Assembly: GCA_050184225.1 (NCBI GenBank)
Contig: JBFXAN010000007.1
Span: 1,141-65,140 of the forward strand
Length of the DNA stretch: 64,000 bases
Direction: 5' to 3'
Source of the DNA: Dehalococcoidia bacterium
GTDB taxonomy: Bacteria; Chloroflexota; Dehalococcoidia; CAUJGQ01
Positions within the stretch are counted from its first letter, which is position 1; each line of letters opens with the position of its first letter. The notes under the pieces are model-generated. The model had not been told where the DNA came from. It saw only the letters and a list, made by a program, of their open reading frames with translations, and ran no database searches. The position numbers and the translations under genes are program-made. Shown piece by piece: positions 37,674-48,140 of the stretch.

Positions 37674-38522
37674 ATGGAGTTACCCTATCTTGCATACTTC
37701 CATCTCAAAGAAGAACCCTTCTCGACCGTCCCCTCGCCGCGGTATTTCTTCCTGACCTCGGTGCATGCTACGGCGCTGGAGAAGACGGTCTACGTCGTTG
37801 GCGCGAAGAAGGGCCTCGCCGCCGTCTTCGGTGACACCGGCACCGGCAAGTCCAGCCTGGCGCGGCTGCTTCATCAGAAGTTCCGCGACTCCGGCTTCCT
37901 CTCGACCCTGCTCACCAACCCCAGCTATCCCACGCCCAACAGCCTCCTGCGCACCATCGCCCAGGAGTTCGGCGTGCCCAAGACCGACAAATCCTTCAAG
38001 GGCATGCTCGACCTGTTCAAGGCCTATCTCTTCCAGCAGGCCGTGGACGAGGGCAAGACCGTGGTTCTGATCATCGACGAGGCCCAGACACTCAAGCCGC
38101 CCCTGATCGAGCTGCTTCGTCAACTCGCCAATTACGAGACCAACGACATGAAGCTGGTGCAGCTTGTCCTGTTCGCCCAGGAGGAGCTGCGCAACACGCT
38201 TTCCCGGCCGGCGCTGCGCAACTTCCGCAGCCGGATCGTGCTCGCCTCGACGCTGGAGCACCTCTCGCTGGACGACCTGCGGGCGATGCTCAAGTTCCGC
38301 TGGGAGGTCGCCTCCGGCGGCGCCCAGCATCCGTTCAGCGAGGACGCCATCCGGGCGATCTTCGATGCCTCCGCCGGGATGCCCCGCGAGGCGAACATCC
38401 TCGCCGACAACGCCCTCGTCGCCGCCTACTACCAGCAGGCCCGCCTGATCGATGCCGACCTCATCACCGCGATCGCGGCCGACCGCACGGAGAATCTCTC
38501 CCGGCTGGAGGCACAGCGATGA
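37674..38522 (+). CDS. ExeA-like AAA+ ATPase
   Basis: YFHLKEEPFS N-terminus, Walker A GDTGTGKS and Walker B VLIIDEAQ. Confidence 0.75.
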   Translation: MELPYLAYFHLKEEPFSTVPSPRYFFLTSVHATALEKTVYVVGAKKGLAAVFGDTGTGKSSLARLLHQKFRDSGFLSTLLTNPSYPTPNSLLRTIAQEFGVPKTDKSFKGMLDLFKAYLFQQAVDEGKTVVLIIDEAQTLKPPLIELLRQLANYETNDMKLVQLVLFAQEELRNTLSRPALRNFRSRIVLASTLEHLSLDDLRAMLKFRWEVASGGAQHPFSEDAIRAIFDASAGMPREANILADNALVAAYYQQARLIDADLITAIAADRTENLSRLEAQR

Positions 38523-39013
38523 AGGGCACCAGCATCTTCAGCGGCAAGAAGCTCTCGGAGCAGACGCCGGTGGCGACGTCGGGCATCGACCAACGACTCT
38601 TCGCCCCCGCACCGTCGCCACAGAGCCAGCCATCCGCACCCACAGCGGCGGCAGCGCATCCCAACCGGCCTGAGTCGCCGACGGCCACGCCGGAGATAGC
38701 CGAGATGAACGAAGCGACACGACCGGTACCAATCCCACTGCCGTCGGCCGCGGCGCCGGCAGCAGTGCAGGATCCACCACCGCGGTTCGAGCTGGACCTC
38801 ACCGCCATCCCCCACCGCAAGGATTCGTTCCTCTTCACCACCGAGGAATTCGAGGCGCTGGAAGACCTGAAGCTACAGGTCGGCCGCGGCTTGGACATCA
38901 AGGTGACCAAGCAGAACCTCATGCGCTGCGCCCTGGCCGCCCTGATCGATGACTGGCGGCGGAAGGGCCCCAACAGCTCCATCATCGCCCCTCTGAGGCG
39001 GCGTGGCCGATAG
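38519..39013 (+). CDS. hypothetical protein (Pro/Ala-rich N-half)
   Basis: The start overlaps the ATPase stop (ATGA). The C-terminal half is protein-like. Confidence 0.45.
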   Translation: MKGTSIFSGKKLSEQTPVATSGIDQRLFAPAPSPQSQPSAPTAAAAHPNRPESPTATPEIAEMNEATRPVPIPLPSAAAPAAVQDPPPRFELDLTAIPHRKDSFLFTTEEFEALEDLKLQVGRGLDIKVTKQNLMRCALAALIDDWRRKGPNSSIIAPLRRRGR

Positions 39014-39222
39014 TCGCCCTCATTTCCAGGTTCCTGGTTTTCTGGCCTCTTTCCCTTTTCCCCAAGTGGGAATGAAGGTAGGAGGCCACTTTCCCACATG
39101 GCCGGGAGGGAAGCCTGCCAGTTGTCTGGGAAACTGGCCGGGAAGGTGGCCAGCCAGGAAACTGGTTGACCAGTGTCAAGGCGCCTGTGGTTTAGTGAGG
39201 TGTCGAGCGTCGCTCGATCATC

Positions 39223-40194
39223 ATGAAGACGAACGGGGAGCGAACCACCAATCAGCACCGATCATCCGGATTTGCCGGCTTTGACCCGCCGACGGCGAAC
39301 TGGTTTCGCATGCCCGACAACTGGGTCGACATCTCGGCCGGCATCACGAGCCTCGCCGAGCTCAAGGTCGTGCAGTACATCCTGCGGCATACCTGGGGCT
39401 ACCGCGAGTATGACATCAAGAAGCACATTACCGTCGATGAATTTGTCAGCGGACGGAAGCGCCGCGACGGCAGCCGCATGGATCGGGGCACCGGCCTGGC
39501 CGAGCAGTCGGTGCGGAACGGTCTTGAGGCCGCCAAACGCGACGGATTCGTCGAGGAGTTCGTTGACGATACCGATCGAGCGAGGATCAAGAAGTACTAC
39601 GGCCTCACGATGCGCGCGGCGGTGGGGGAGCCTCAGGATCATGACGGCTCGAACACCGACACGAACCCACCCCAACGGATGGAGACCGAGGTCCAAGATT
39701 TGGACCCCGAGGTCCAGAGATTAGACCCCAGAGGTCCAGAAGTTGGACCTCGTACAGAGACCACCACCAAGAATGAAACCTTCGAAATGGGGAACGGTTC
39801 GACGATTGCATCATCCGCGACCTTGAGTTCAAGACCAGCCGCTTCGTCCGCCCTTCGCCGCCCGATAGACGCCTCAGACGAGACTGCTACGACGGCGAGC
39901 CGCATCCAGGCCGTGATCAACGAGTTGTCCCAAACCTTCCACGACGACGCGCACCGTGGCTCGAACGCCGCCCAGGCGATGAACCTGTACCTCACTTCGG
40001 GCATCGGCGTCGCGGCCTTCGAGCAGCAGCTCTTTGAGGCGGCAGCGATCACCAAAGACGCGGCTCAGCGGCGGCGCCGATCGACGAAAGCGGCGCCGAT
40101 CGAGCGGCCGATGGCCTTCTTCTTCACCGTGCTGCGCGACGCATTGGAACACGCGCCACTCGCAACCGTAGCTGCGAGGGAGGAGACGCCATGA
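39223..40194 (+). CDS. replication initiator / replisome-organiser-like protein
   Basis: FRMPDNWVDISAGITSLAELKVVQYILRHTWGY resembles the N-terminal wHTH of phage or plasmid replication proteins. Confidence 0.5.
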   Translation: MKTNGERTTNQHRSSGFAGFDPPTANWFRMPDNWVDISAGITSLAELKVVQYILRHTWGYREYDIKKHITVDEFVSGRKRRDGSRMDRGTGLAEQSVRNGLEAAKRDGFVEEFVDDTDRARIKKYYGLTMRAAVGEPQDHDGSNTDTNPPQRMETEVQDLDPEVQRLDPRGPEVGPRTETTTKNETFEMGNGSTIASSATLSSRPAASSALRRPIDASDETATTASRIQAVINELSQTFHDDAHRGSNAAQAMNLYLTSGIGVAAFEQQLFEAAAITKDAAQRRRRSTKAAPIERPMAFFFTVLRDALEHAPLATVAAREETP

Positions 40195-40844
40195 CCCCAC
40201 TCGAATTGCTTGTCCGGCTCGTCACCGCGATCGAAGTACTGCCAGGTCTGCTGCGACAGGTGGTCGCCGTGGGCGCGCTTGTGACGCGACATCTGCCGGT
40301 CCGCCCAGCCGCTGCGTATGAGACTGTGAGCCTCGACCTCGTGCTCGACATCCGCGACGCCGAAGGGCATCGCGCCATACTCACCCGGCGCCAGCGAGTC
40401 CGGGCGTTGACGGGTGAGCCTGTGACCGTGCGCGAGCTGGTGTGGGGCGAGGGCACACCACTCGCCCATTACCGGGTGCGTGGCGCCAGCCGACTCACGA
40501 TCGTGCCGGAAGGCTCGCGTGCGGCGGTCCTGCTGTGCCTATTCAGTGGCGATTCTGCTCGGCGCATCAACACGATCGAATCGCGTCGGCTGATCCGCAA
40601 CGGCCTGCGCAAACGCCACGAGTACTGTGAAGCGCTCGTTGAGCGACCGACCGGCCGACTGGCGATGCGCGTGGTGTTCCCCGGCACCCGGCCACCAAAG
40701 CGGGCCGAGCTGATCACCACACCCCTACAAGACCGACCGCGCCACCTGCCGCTGCGACGGGCCGCCGATGGTCGGCCATGTCTGACCTGGCGGACGCGCC
40801 GCCCCCGGCTACACACGATCTACAGCCTGCGCTGGACCTGGTAA
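40191..40844 (+). CDS. hypothetical protein
   Basis: 217-aa ORF. The start overlaps the upstream stop (ATGA). Confidence 0.4.
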   Translation: MTPLELLVRLVTAIEVLPGLLRQVVAVGALVTRHLPVRPAAAYETVSLDLVLDIRDAEGHRAILTRRQRVRALTGEPVTVRELVWGEGTPLAHYRVRGASRLTIVPEGSRAAVLLCLFSGDSARRINTIESRRLIRNGLRKRHEYCEALVERPTGRLAMRVVFPGTRPPKRAELITTPLQDRPRHLPLRRAADGRPCLTWRTRRPRLHTIYSLRWTW

Positions 40845-40976
40845 AAGGAAGAGGCGGCCTTCGCCGCCTCCCAGTCATTCAGCCACCCGAGCCAACGCCG
40901 CGTACCACGGTCGCACCTCCACGATTTTTCAGGTCACTTCCGATGTCGGAATTATGGCCGCATACGGCCATATCTG

Positions 40977-41192
40977 TCAATTACCCACTCTCCGCTTCGG
41001 CCCCGGCTTGCGCTCTTCCTTGAGGTAGGTCGTCACCGCCGAGAGGCGGACGAGCCAGTCGCGGCCCGGTTTAATGCCGTCGATCACCCCGGTCTGGAGC
41101 AGCCGCGTGAGCTGCCGCCGGCTGAGGCCGGTGCGGCGCGACGCCTCGGCGACGGTGACGTACGCCTCGTCGGGCACTCGGCCCTCCGTCAC
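40977..41192 (-). CDS. excisionase-family / MerR-type HTH DNA-binding protein
   Basis: YVTVAEASRRTGLSRRQLTRLLQTGVIDGIKPGRDWLV. Confidence 0.7.
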   Translation of the reverse strand: MTEGRVPDEAYVTVAEASRRTGLSRRQLTRLLQTGVIDGIKPGRDWLVRLSAVTTYLKEERKPGPKRRVGN

Positions 41193-41617
41193 GACGCTCC
41201 GTCGCCACCATGATATGCGAACTCATTGCGGCAACTCGCCACCCCGTGTCTCTCGGGCGCTGAGATCGCCTGTAATCGCTCAGGGAGTACATCTGCCGCC
41301 CACAACCGCACGAGCCGGCGGCAGCCGTTCTATGGCCACCTCACGTCGTCTGGTGACCCGTCCGCTGGACAAGTCGAACACTCGTGAGGGTGGTACCACG
41401 TCATCGCTGATCGGGTAACTTTGGTGCGCGAGGACAATCCCTGCGCAAGTTGGGAACCGGCGTACTGCGACGAAGCGATAGAGTCTCGACTAGGTTTCGA
41501 GGCTCTACACCAGACTCTAGTCAAAGCATTCAAAGGGAAGTGCGAGATTTTGAGGGCGCTGCGCGGCAGGGACAGGGAAGGAAGGGCGCGCCAGGTTCGG
41601 CGCGGGGCGTCGGGGAC

Positions 41618-41713
41618 GCCGCAGGGGAGTCCGTGCCACCGCTGCGCTAAACCCCTCCATGCCACGCCACTGGGCGTCGCATTCCATGATTTTGGCACGG
41701 ACTCCCCTGCGGC
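41618..41713. repeat. 21-bp perfect inverted repeat with 54-nt spacer
   Basis: GCCGCAGGGGAGTCCGTGCCA (41618-41638) is the exact reverse complement of 41693-41713. Confidence 0.85.
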
Positions 41714-42233
41714 TGTACTGACCTTTGACGCTGTGTACCGGCACGTTGGTACTGACCGATTTGGGCTGGTGGTTTGCGGCATTCCTTCCCTGGCCCTTCC
41801 TTCCGCAAACCACAGAGGGACCCTGCGGGGCATGGGCGCCTGGCGGCGATCGGTATCCCTGTACCATGCGGTGCGGTTGGAGCGGACGCCTATGGCGATC
41901 GTCGTGGCCCACCCACCCGGCGCGGCGAGAACGGCGTTGTGTCGTGCCTTGGGCAACCACGTTTCCGCCCGGCTGCCACCGTGAAGCGTGCGCACGCACG
42001 CACCACTGCGGTCGTTGCCGCTTGCGACCTCGCGCTCCATATCCACTGCTCGCTCCAGCAGGATGGGCTGCCTGACAGCTTTCTCACTGGGTATCACCCG
42101 GCATCGCCGCTCAAGGTACCGCTGCGCTCAGGCACGCGCGGCCTCATCGGCCGGCAGCCTGACCTTGATCGGCTGCTGGCGGGTGATGGCACGAAAGTGC
42201 GGCAGGCAGCCGCAGGAAGGGGGTGAGGTGAAA

Positions 42234-42521
42234 ATGCCAGGAGCCAGCATCACGTTGGTCTATAGCGTCGAGGCTCCGAGCAAGCTTCTAGCGTCGCTCA
42301 AGGTGTCGGAGGCGGTCAGCAGCGGCATTGCCGATGGCGTGACGCAGGAGTTCGCGTCGGTCCAGATGGACCCGGAGAGCCTGCTCACGATCAATCCCGC
42401 GGGGCATGACCCGAGCAGTCTACGGCTCTGGGTGAAGGCCTGGGCGGAGGAGGTCCGCGACCAGCTGCTGGGACCGTCGAAAGCAAACCAGCAACCGGTC
42501 GACAGGAAGTCCCAGTCGTAG
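42234..42521 (+). CDS. hypothetical protein
   Basis: 95 aa from ATG 42234, with a GGAAGGGGGTGAGG RBS. Confidence 0.4.
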   Translation: MPGASITLVYSVEAPSKLLASLKVSEAVSSGIADGVTQEFASVQMDPESLLTINPAGHDPSSLRLWVKAWAEEVRDQLLGPSKANQQPVDRKSQS

Positions 42522-43141
42522 AGACTGCGATCGGGAGCCATCGTTCCCCGCAGGGGGTGCGGTGGCTCCCACTGCCTCTCATTGTACCAATCCGCCGCAA
42601 TCCCTCGTTCCCTGGGGGTGTCCGCGAGCCCTCTGCACGGTGGGTGGTGTACCCGAGGTCCTCGGTTCGGGCTCGCGGCTGCGCGATCGTCCGTGCGGTG
42701 GGGCGAGGATCCAGATCTGGCCGCCAGTCTTCGCAGAGTATCACCCGTCCTCACATGCCTCGGCACCGCTCCCGCTCGGGCATGCGGCCGGGCCCTGACC
42801 CGCTGCGGGCGGGCGATGGGGAGGCGCAAGGGAGGCCACCGCCGGACGCAGCGGGCACGACGAAACCGGTGTGCGATGCCGCTCGACATCACCAGGTTCG
42901 ACCGGGCTGGCCCAAAGCCACGTGATCTCGGGGAGTGGGGCGGCTGTGAGGGGGTCTTTCCCCCTCGGCTGCAAGGGTCGAGATGAACGCGCCCGCCGGC
43001 GCATGGATGACGCCCCGCCGTTACGGGGAGCGGCGCGCCCTTGCAGCCTTCACCCCCGCTTCCCTTCGGGTTCCAGTAACGAAGGCTAAGTGCCTTCGCC
43101 CATCAACACGCGGCGGGAGCACGGGAAAGGAGGTGAGGGCA

Positions 43142-43459
43142 ATGGCACAGATAACGTACGAGGTCCGGTTGGCGCTGGACGGGAATCACAGCGTCACAGT
43201 GCGCAGCGCCGATCCTAGCCAGATGAAGGTAGCTATCTCGTGGGCCAAGGCGACGCATGCAGCGCTGGCCGCCCGGTACGGCGACACCGCTCCATATGCG
43301 GATGAGGCAGCGACCGATGAGCCGGCCGAGCCACCAGTCTGCGGGGTGCACGACATCCCGATGGTGCGGGTGGAAGGGAAGAACGGCCCGTTCTACAGCT
43401 GCCATGAGCGCGATGCGCAGGGGCATTTCTGTTCCTACCGACCGGCGAATGGGGCCTAG
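43142..43459 (+). CDS. hypothetical protein with C-terminal zinc-ribbon-like motif
   Basis: GGAAAGGAGGTGA RBS. The motif is CGVHDIPMVRVEGKNGPFYSCHERDAQGHFC. Confidence 0.45.
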   Translation: MAQITYEVRLALDGNHSVTVRSADPSQMKVAISWAKATHAALAARYGDTAPYADEAATDEPAEPPVCGVHDIPMVRVEGKNGPFYSCHERDAQGHFCSYRPANGA

Positions 43460-43518
43460 CGATATAAGCCCGGTGCGGCCGTCCTCGGTGGGCGGCCCGC
43501 GGAAAGGAGGTGATCGGC

Positions 43519-43812
43519 GTGAATGACACCACACAACAATTCATTGCCCAGTCCGGCCACATCGGCGGCTACGACGTGTTCCTGCACGGGGACACGGTGA
43601 CGGTGCTCGACGACGAAGGCATTGTCACCCGCCAGACCGTGGACGGGCTTGGCGCCTTCATCACGCGTGCGAAGTCCCTGCGGACCGGCTGGGGGCAGTT
43701 CCCGGACGGGATGGAGGTGATTTACCTCTACAACCGCGGCGACGATAATTACGGCTATGCGATCAACCTGCAGGCCGAGCACTTGAGCGAGTGGGGCTAC
43801 GCGCCATTCTAG
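43519..43812 (+). CDS. hypothetical protein
   Basis: GGAAAGGAGG RBS before GTG 43519. Protein-like sequence. Confidence 0.4.
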   Translation: MNDTTQQFIAQSGHIGGYDVFLHGDTVTVLDDEGIVTRQTVDGLGAFITRAKSLRTGWGQFPDGMEVIYLYNRGDDNYGYAINLQAEHLSEWGYAPF

Positions 43813-44067
43813 ACGCTGGATTACGCGAGGGTGGATGCAAGAGTTCCGGGACCAGCTGCTGGGAGCGCGCAATGTGCATTAGCAGCTGACCGGGGCACGT
43901 CACCGTCGAGATGACGGCGACCACGGAGCCGTCGTTCTCACACCCGAGGGCGGCGGCTCCTGCCCACGAACATTTTACGTTTCCGAGGCAAGTGGTTGTC
44001 CTCGGGGCGGCGGCGCGAGCCCTCTGAGAGGCTGAGTGTCTGCCCTGTGCAGGGTTCGGGCTCGCGC

Positions 44068-44556
44068 CTAGGAACGGCGTTTGATGACCGCCGCGGTGAT
44101 CTCGATGATCGTGCGCGGTCCTCGCGTGCCCTCGATGATTCGTGCTCTCTCGTACCCGATAATTTCCACGCTATCCCCAATGTGTAGATGGTCACGGGCG
44201 TAGATCGCCCGCTCGCGAAATGCGAGCACATCGCGCCAGATTTTCTTGCCTGGGTTGCGCTCGTCTGGTAAGCCGATGGGGAATTTCGCTCTAGGCACGT
44301 GGTTGCGCGTCAGCGAAAACATGGGCGTCTTGCCCACCCGGCCACTGACTGTCACCCGCTCCTGTTCGACCGATTCGGCGGCTGCTCCCTCTTCTCTGGG
44401 TGCGGACGGTTCGCCCGTAGCATTCGTCAGGGGATAGACAATCGCTTCGGCAGAGACGTTTGTTGAAGCGCTCTCGACCGGCACAAAATCGGACGGCCGG
44501 GTCCAGGGCTCGGTCCGCGGACGGAAATCAGTTGGTCGTTCACGTTCATAACTCAT
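44068..44556 (-). CDS. OB-fold single-stranded DNA-binding-like protein
   Basis: VTVSGRVGKTPMF...WRDVLAFRERA...LHIGDSVEIIGY has an SSB-like pattern. Low similarity, judged by eye. Confidence 0.5.
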   Translation of the reverse strand: MSYERERPTDFRPRTEPWTRPSDFVPVESASTNVSAEAIVYPLTNATGEPSAPREEGAAAESVEQERVTVSGRVGKTPMFSLTRNHVPRAKFPIGLPDERNPGKKIWRDVLAFRERAIYARDHLHIGDSVEIIGYERARIIEGTRGPRTIIEITAAVIKRRS

Positions 44557-44583
44557 TGTACACGTATTATATAATACTCATAT

Positions 44584-44961
44584 ATGGAGCATGAGAAGAA
44601 AGCGGGTTGTCACAGTGATCGAGACCGGTCGGAACGACGAATGTCCCGGCCAGAGGAGCCGAGTCATCCGGAGTGGTCATCGGCGGAAATCCTCCGTAGC
44701 GGCGACAGCAGCCCACCCGGGCGCAATCGGCAGGAGAGTTGGGCCTACTGGCAGGATCTCTGGGAGAGCGAACCCGTCTTTCAGCACCATTTGCAGCGCG
44801 TCTTTGACTCACTGAGCGAACACGAACGCAGGCAACGAAACGTCGAGTCGGTCGACGACTTGAAGAACTGGCTCCTGCATCGGTATGGGACGGCTCACCC
44901 CTTCGAACAACACCCACAGACGTTCCCTGATAGCGGGCTGGAGAACGACTCAGATATCTGA
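44584..44961 (+). CDS. hypothetical protein
   Basis: 125-aa ORF. No family recognised. Confidence 0.35.
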   Translation: MEHEKKAGCHSDRDRSERRMSRPEEPSHPEWSSAEILRSGDSSPPGRNRQESWAYWQDLWESEPVFQHHLQRVFDSLSEHERRQRNVESVDDLKNWLLHRYGTAHPFEQHPQTFPDSGLENDSDI

Positions 44962-45006
44962 CCTCTCATTCGCTATCGCCGCGAGATCAGGCGGCACGGA
45001 GGGGGA

Positions 45007-46458
45007 CTACCATCCATACGCCGCGGCGTAGCGACGGACCTGTGCGTCATAGCGGGCCTCAAGGCTCGGCTGGCCAGCGACGCATCGACCCAGCCCCACG
45101 TAAATCCAGAGCAGCTCATACGCGTATTCGAGCGGGAGGCCGTTTCGTGCGGTGCTACGCCGCTTCGCCTCGCGTTCAGCGGCGTCAAAGAGCCGTCGAG
45201 CCCCAGCCTGATCCCCCTCACTCAGCTTGTACCATCCCCACTGCCGCATCAACATGACCCACCCCCACCACTGCCTCGTGGTTTGAAGCGCCTGCTGGAT
45301 GGTTTCCACGTTGGATTCCAGTTGCTTTGACGTGAGTAGACCGGAGCGGTGCTGGGCCACCCAAACCTGAAAGCGAAACACGGACAAGTATGGCAGGTGA
45401 ATATTTGGCCCGCGCTCGGGACCGACGCGCAACGCGGCATCATATTCTCGTTCCGCTTTCTGCCAATTGCCGCCATGGACGGCGATTGTGCCCAGTAGTT
45501 GGTGGGCATGTGCCTCCCGCCAATACCCGCCCATTGGTCCGAGATCCCGAAGATATTCAGGCTCCAACAGGGGTCGCCAGCGGGCGTTGCGGGCGGCGGC
45601 GAGGCTTCGTCGCGCGTGAACCTCAGCCATGTCAAGGTTGCCGAGCATGAGTTGCGCGAACCCGTGTGCATACTCCGCCAAGGCGATCCCGTACGGATCA
45701 TCACGACGTGGCGGGTGGTCCGTAACGAGCGCTTGCATCTCCGCGAAGGCACCGATTTGGGCCTTGAGCGTGGTGTAGTGCGATGCAGCTCGACTGCACC
45801 AGATAGGATCGCCGAGATCCTCAAAGATACGAAGTGCTGCGGCAAGAGCCCGGTCTCCCTCCGCCAAGTGTCCGGCTTGGGTGTAGGCCAGCCCCAGATC
45901 GGAGAGCAGGCGCCCGCGATCGCGAACCTGTTCGGCGTGCAAAGCGGCGAGCGCGCGTTTGTAGTGTCCGATGGCTAGATCATGACGGCCGAGTGCGGCG
46001 AAGAAGCGACCGAACCACTCCGGCACCAACTCGTCGTTGCCCGTGGCCAACGTCCTCAGTTGTGCCAGGAATTCGGCGAATTGGCGCGCGCCTGCCCCGA
46101 GCCTGTCGAGCACAGCGCTTAGCGAACCGCGCGGGTCGCTGCGACCGACCCGCGCGGCTAGGCGCGTGGCCTCCGCCTCACCCAAGCGAGCACGATTCAT
46201 CAGATTCCACTTCGTTAGCGACCGTGCATGGCTGCGTCGCAGCGATGCCGCTTCATCGGCGTTGAGATCCAGCCGTGCGATGAGCTGATCGATATCCCGT
46301 GAGTTTGCCTTTGGCGGCTGACCAGCCCGCCAGCGCCGCAGGGTCCGCCCGTCGATGCCGACGTCGCGAGCGAACTGCTCCTGTGACTTCTCTCGCTTGG
46401 TGCGCAGCATCTCTAGATGCGTTGGTAGGTCGAACGACTCATCATCTCGGGCGGACAT
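45007..46458 (-). CDS. XRE HTH + TPR-repeat regulator
   Basis: SQEQFARDVGIDGRTLRRWRAG HTH followed by about 350 aa of TPR-like helical repeats. Confidence 0.7.
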   Translation of the reverse strand: MSARDDESFDLPTHLEMLRTKREKSQEQFARDVGIDGRTLRRWRAGQPPKANSRDIDQLIARLDLNADEAASLRRSHARSLTKWNLMNRARLGEAEATRLAARVGRSDPRGSLSAVLDRLGAGARQFAEFLAQLRTLATGNDELVPEWFGRFFAALGRHDLAIGHYKRALAALHAEQVRDRGRLLSDLGLAYTQAGHLAEGDRALAAALRIFEDLGDPIWCSRAASHYTTLKAQIGAFAEMQALVTDHPPRRDDPYGIALAEYAHGFAQLMLGNLDMAEVHARRSLAAARNARWRPLLEPEYLRDLGPMGGYWREAHAHQLLGTIAVHGGNWQKAEREYDAALRVGPERGPNIHLPYLSVFRFQVWVAQHRSGLLTSKQLESNVETIQQALQTTRQWWGWVMLMRQWGWYKLSEGDQAGARRLFDAAEREAKRRSTARNGLPLEYAYELLWIYVGLGRCVAGQPSLEARYDAQVRRYAAAYGW

Positions 46459-46761
46459 TTTCGTGTCCGGTTTCCGGGTAGTCGCGGCTGGCGCTGGTAC
46501 ACCCGAGGTGTTGGAGGCCTCGCGGCTTCCACGTAGCGATTGCCGGAGAGATGCAGTCCAAGGAGGTGGCCATGAGCGCAGTTTAACGGTGGCGGACCGC
46601 CGCTACCAGTATGACAACAACACCCAGCCAGTCCAGAGTTTACTCGACGCGACAGGAGCTCTGCCGAGCCATTGAGGCACGCCTCTCATTCATTGTTGTC
46701 AACGCCTACCCTCGGGGCGGCTGGGTCAGACGACAGGTTTCTGTATCAGGAGTACACAGCG

Positions 46762-47283
46762 ATGCAGCAAGTCATTCGATCGGTCCTGAGCGCGATGGAT
46801 ATCACTTTCGTGGAAGCGAATGACCACTTCTCCCTGGCGATGCGAGGTGACTATGGCCTCTTCGACATCGAGGTTCGCACCATGGAGCAACCACCGCTCC
46901 TGTGGCTGCGGACTTCGCTGCCAGTCAGGGCACGAGGCGAACAGAAGGCGGCTGTACTCGAAGCCGCACTCGCCCTCAACTACACGCGGCCCATGGTCAA
47001 ACTCGGTCATGACCCGAGCGATGGGGAGATCGTCCTATATCTGGATGTGCCCGTCATCGACAGGACCCTGACCGAGGTGGAGTTTGCCACCTATCTTGCC
47101 GTCGTCATCGGGGCGACACAGGATATCCTCCCTCGGCTTTTGAAGGTCGCGCTCGGCTGCGAGAGTGTCGCGCAGTCGCTCAGCCTGCCCGTGCCGTCAC
47201 GCCGACGAGCGCGGCGCCGGATGAGTCGGGCTGAACGAGAGGCACGGGAGATTGTGGAGCGGCTCGACATCGAAGAGGCGTAG
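46762..47283 (+). CDS. YbjN-like (putative sensory-transduction regulator / chaperone-like) protein
   Basis: DITFVEANDHFSLAMRGDYGLFDIEVRT...LWLRTSLPV...LNYTRPMVKLGHD pattern. CAGGAG RBS. Confidence 0.5.
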   Translation: MQQVIRSVLSAMDITFVEANDHFSLAMRGDYGLFDIEVRTMEQPPLLWLRTSLPVRARGEQKAAVLEAALALNYTRPMVKLGHDPSDGEIVLYLDVPVIDRTLTEVEFATYLAVVIGATQDILPRLLKVALGCESVAQSLSLPVPSRRRARRRMSRAEREAREIVERLDIEEA

Positions 47284-47369
47284 CGGAGTCGCTGGTGGGT
47301 ACTTGACGCGACCGGGCGGCTCTGTCCGCCCAGTCGCCACGCCATCCAGCACGAAACGGAGAAGATGAC

Positions 47370-48140
47370 ATGGTGGACTCCGAATTTGGACCAGAGCCTG
47401 ACATCCATCTCAACGACCCGCTGATGTACAAGATCGCCGTCACCGTTGGGCACCGGCGGGCCGATGGACAACCGGTGCCGATTGACCTGCTCGATACCGC
47501 GATCACTTATCTGACTGACGTCTTCAGCATCATGTTCGGCGGCGCGCGCATGCTCGGCGAAGCAGGCCGCACTGATGAGTGCGACGGATACCAGCACGCC
47601 GGCGCAACGGTGGTGATCGAACATGGTAGTACTGTCTGGGCCTTCGGCTCGGGCGTCGACATCCGCATCACCGAGCTCAAGACGGCTGCCGCTGAGGTTG
47701 CCTGGCGACTGCGGCAGGAGACGGTGCTGCTGAGCATCGAGCCGGTACTCGGACCGATCTACTTCGTCGAGCCGCGGATCGCCGAGGCGCAGCCGCTCGG
47801 TGTCTGTTGGGTCGAGCGGGCGTGCGAACCCGCGGCCGCTGCGGCACTGCCACCAGCACCTGCGTCGCTGGGGGAGCTGGAGGCGATGATCGACGATGTC
47901 TTTCACGATCGGCTCAGCGAGCGGACGCGCCAGGTGCTTGCACGCCGCGTGCTGGGCTTCTCCGACGCGGAGATCGCCGCGGCGCTATTCCTGTCCGAAA
48001 GCACTGTCCGAACCCACGACGGCAAGCTCCTGGAATTGTTTGAGCTGACGAGCGTGCGCCAACTCGCCGCCGTCGTCTTCCGGGCCCTCTGGGACTATTA
48101 CCGACCGGATGACGATAGCGGCCACAGAAAGGTCTGGTAA
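47370..48140 (+). CDS. LuxR/GerE-type HTH regulator
   Basis: C-terminal LSERTRQVLARRVLGFSDAEIAAALFLSESTVRTH. Confidence 0.6.
   Translation: MVDSEFGPEPDIHLNDPLMYKIAVTVGHRRADGQPVPIDLLDTAITYLTDVFSIMFGGARMLGEAGRTDECDGYQHAGATVVIEHGSTVWAFGSGVDIRITELKTAAAEVAWRLRQETVLLSIEPVLGPIYFVEPRIAEAQPLGVCWVERACEPAAAAALPPAPASLGELEAMIDDVFHDRLSERTRQVLARRVLGFSDAEIAAALFLSESTVRTHDGKLLELFELTSVRQLAAVVFRALWDYYRPDDDSGHRKVW

Noticed and set aside
41421-41984. 187-aa plus-strand ORF as a real gene filling the ORF-poor region.
   Set aside because: This is left undecided. Parts look protein-like, but there is no RBS and the start is TTG. The 21-bp perfect inverted repeat lies inside it and no family is recognisable. It is reported as a finding rather than annotated as a CDS.
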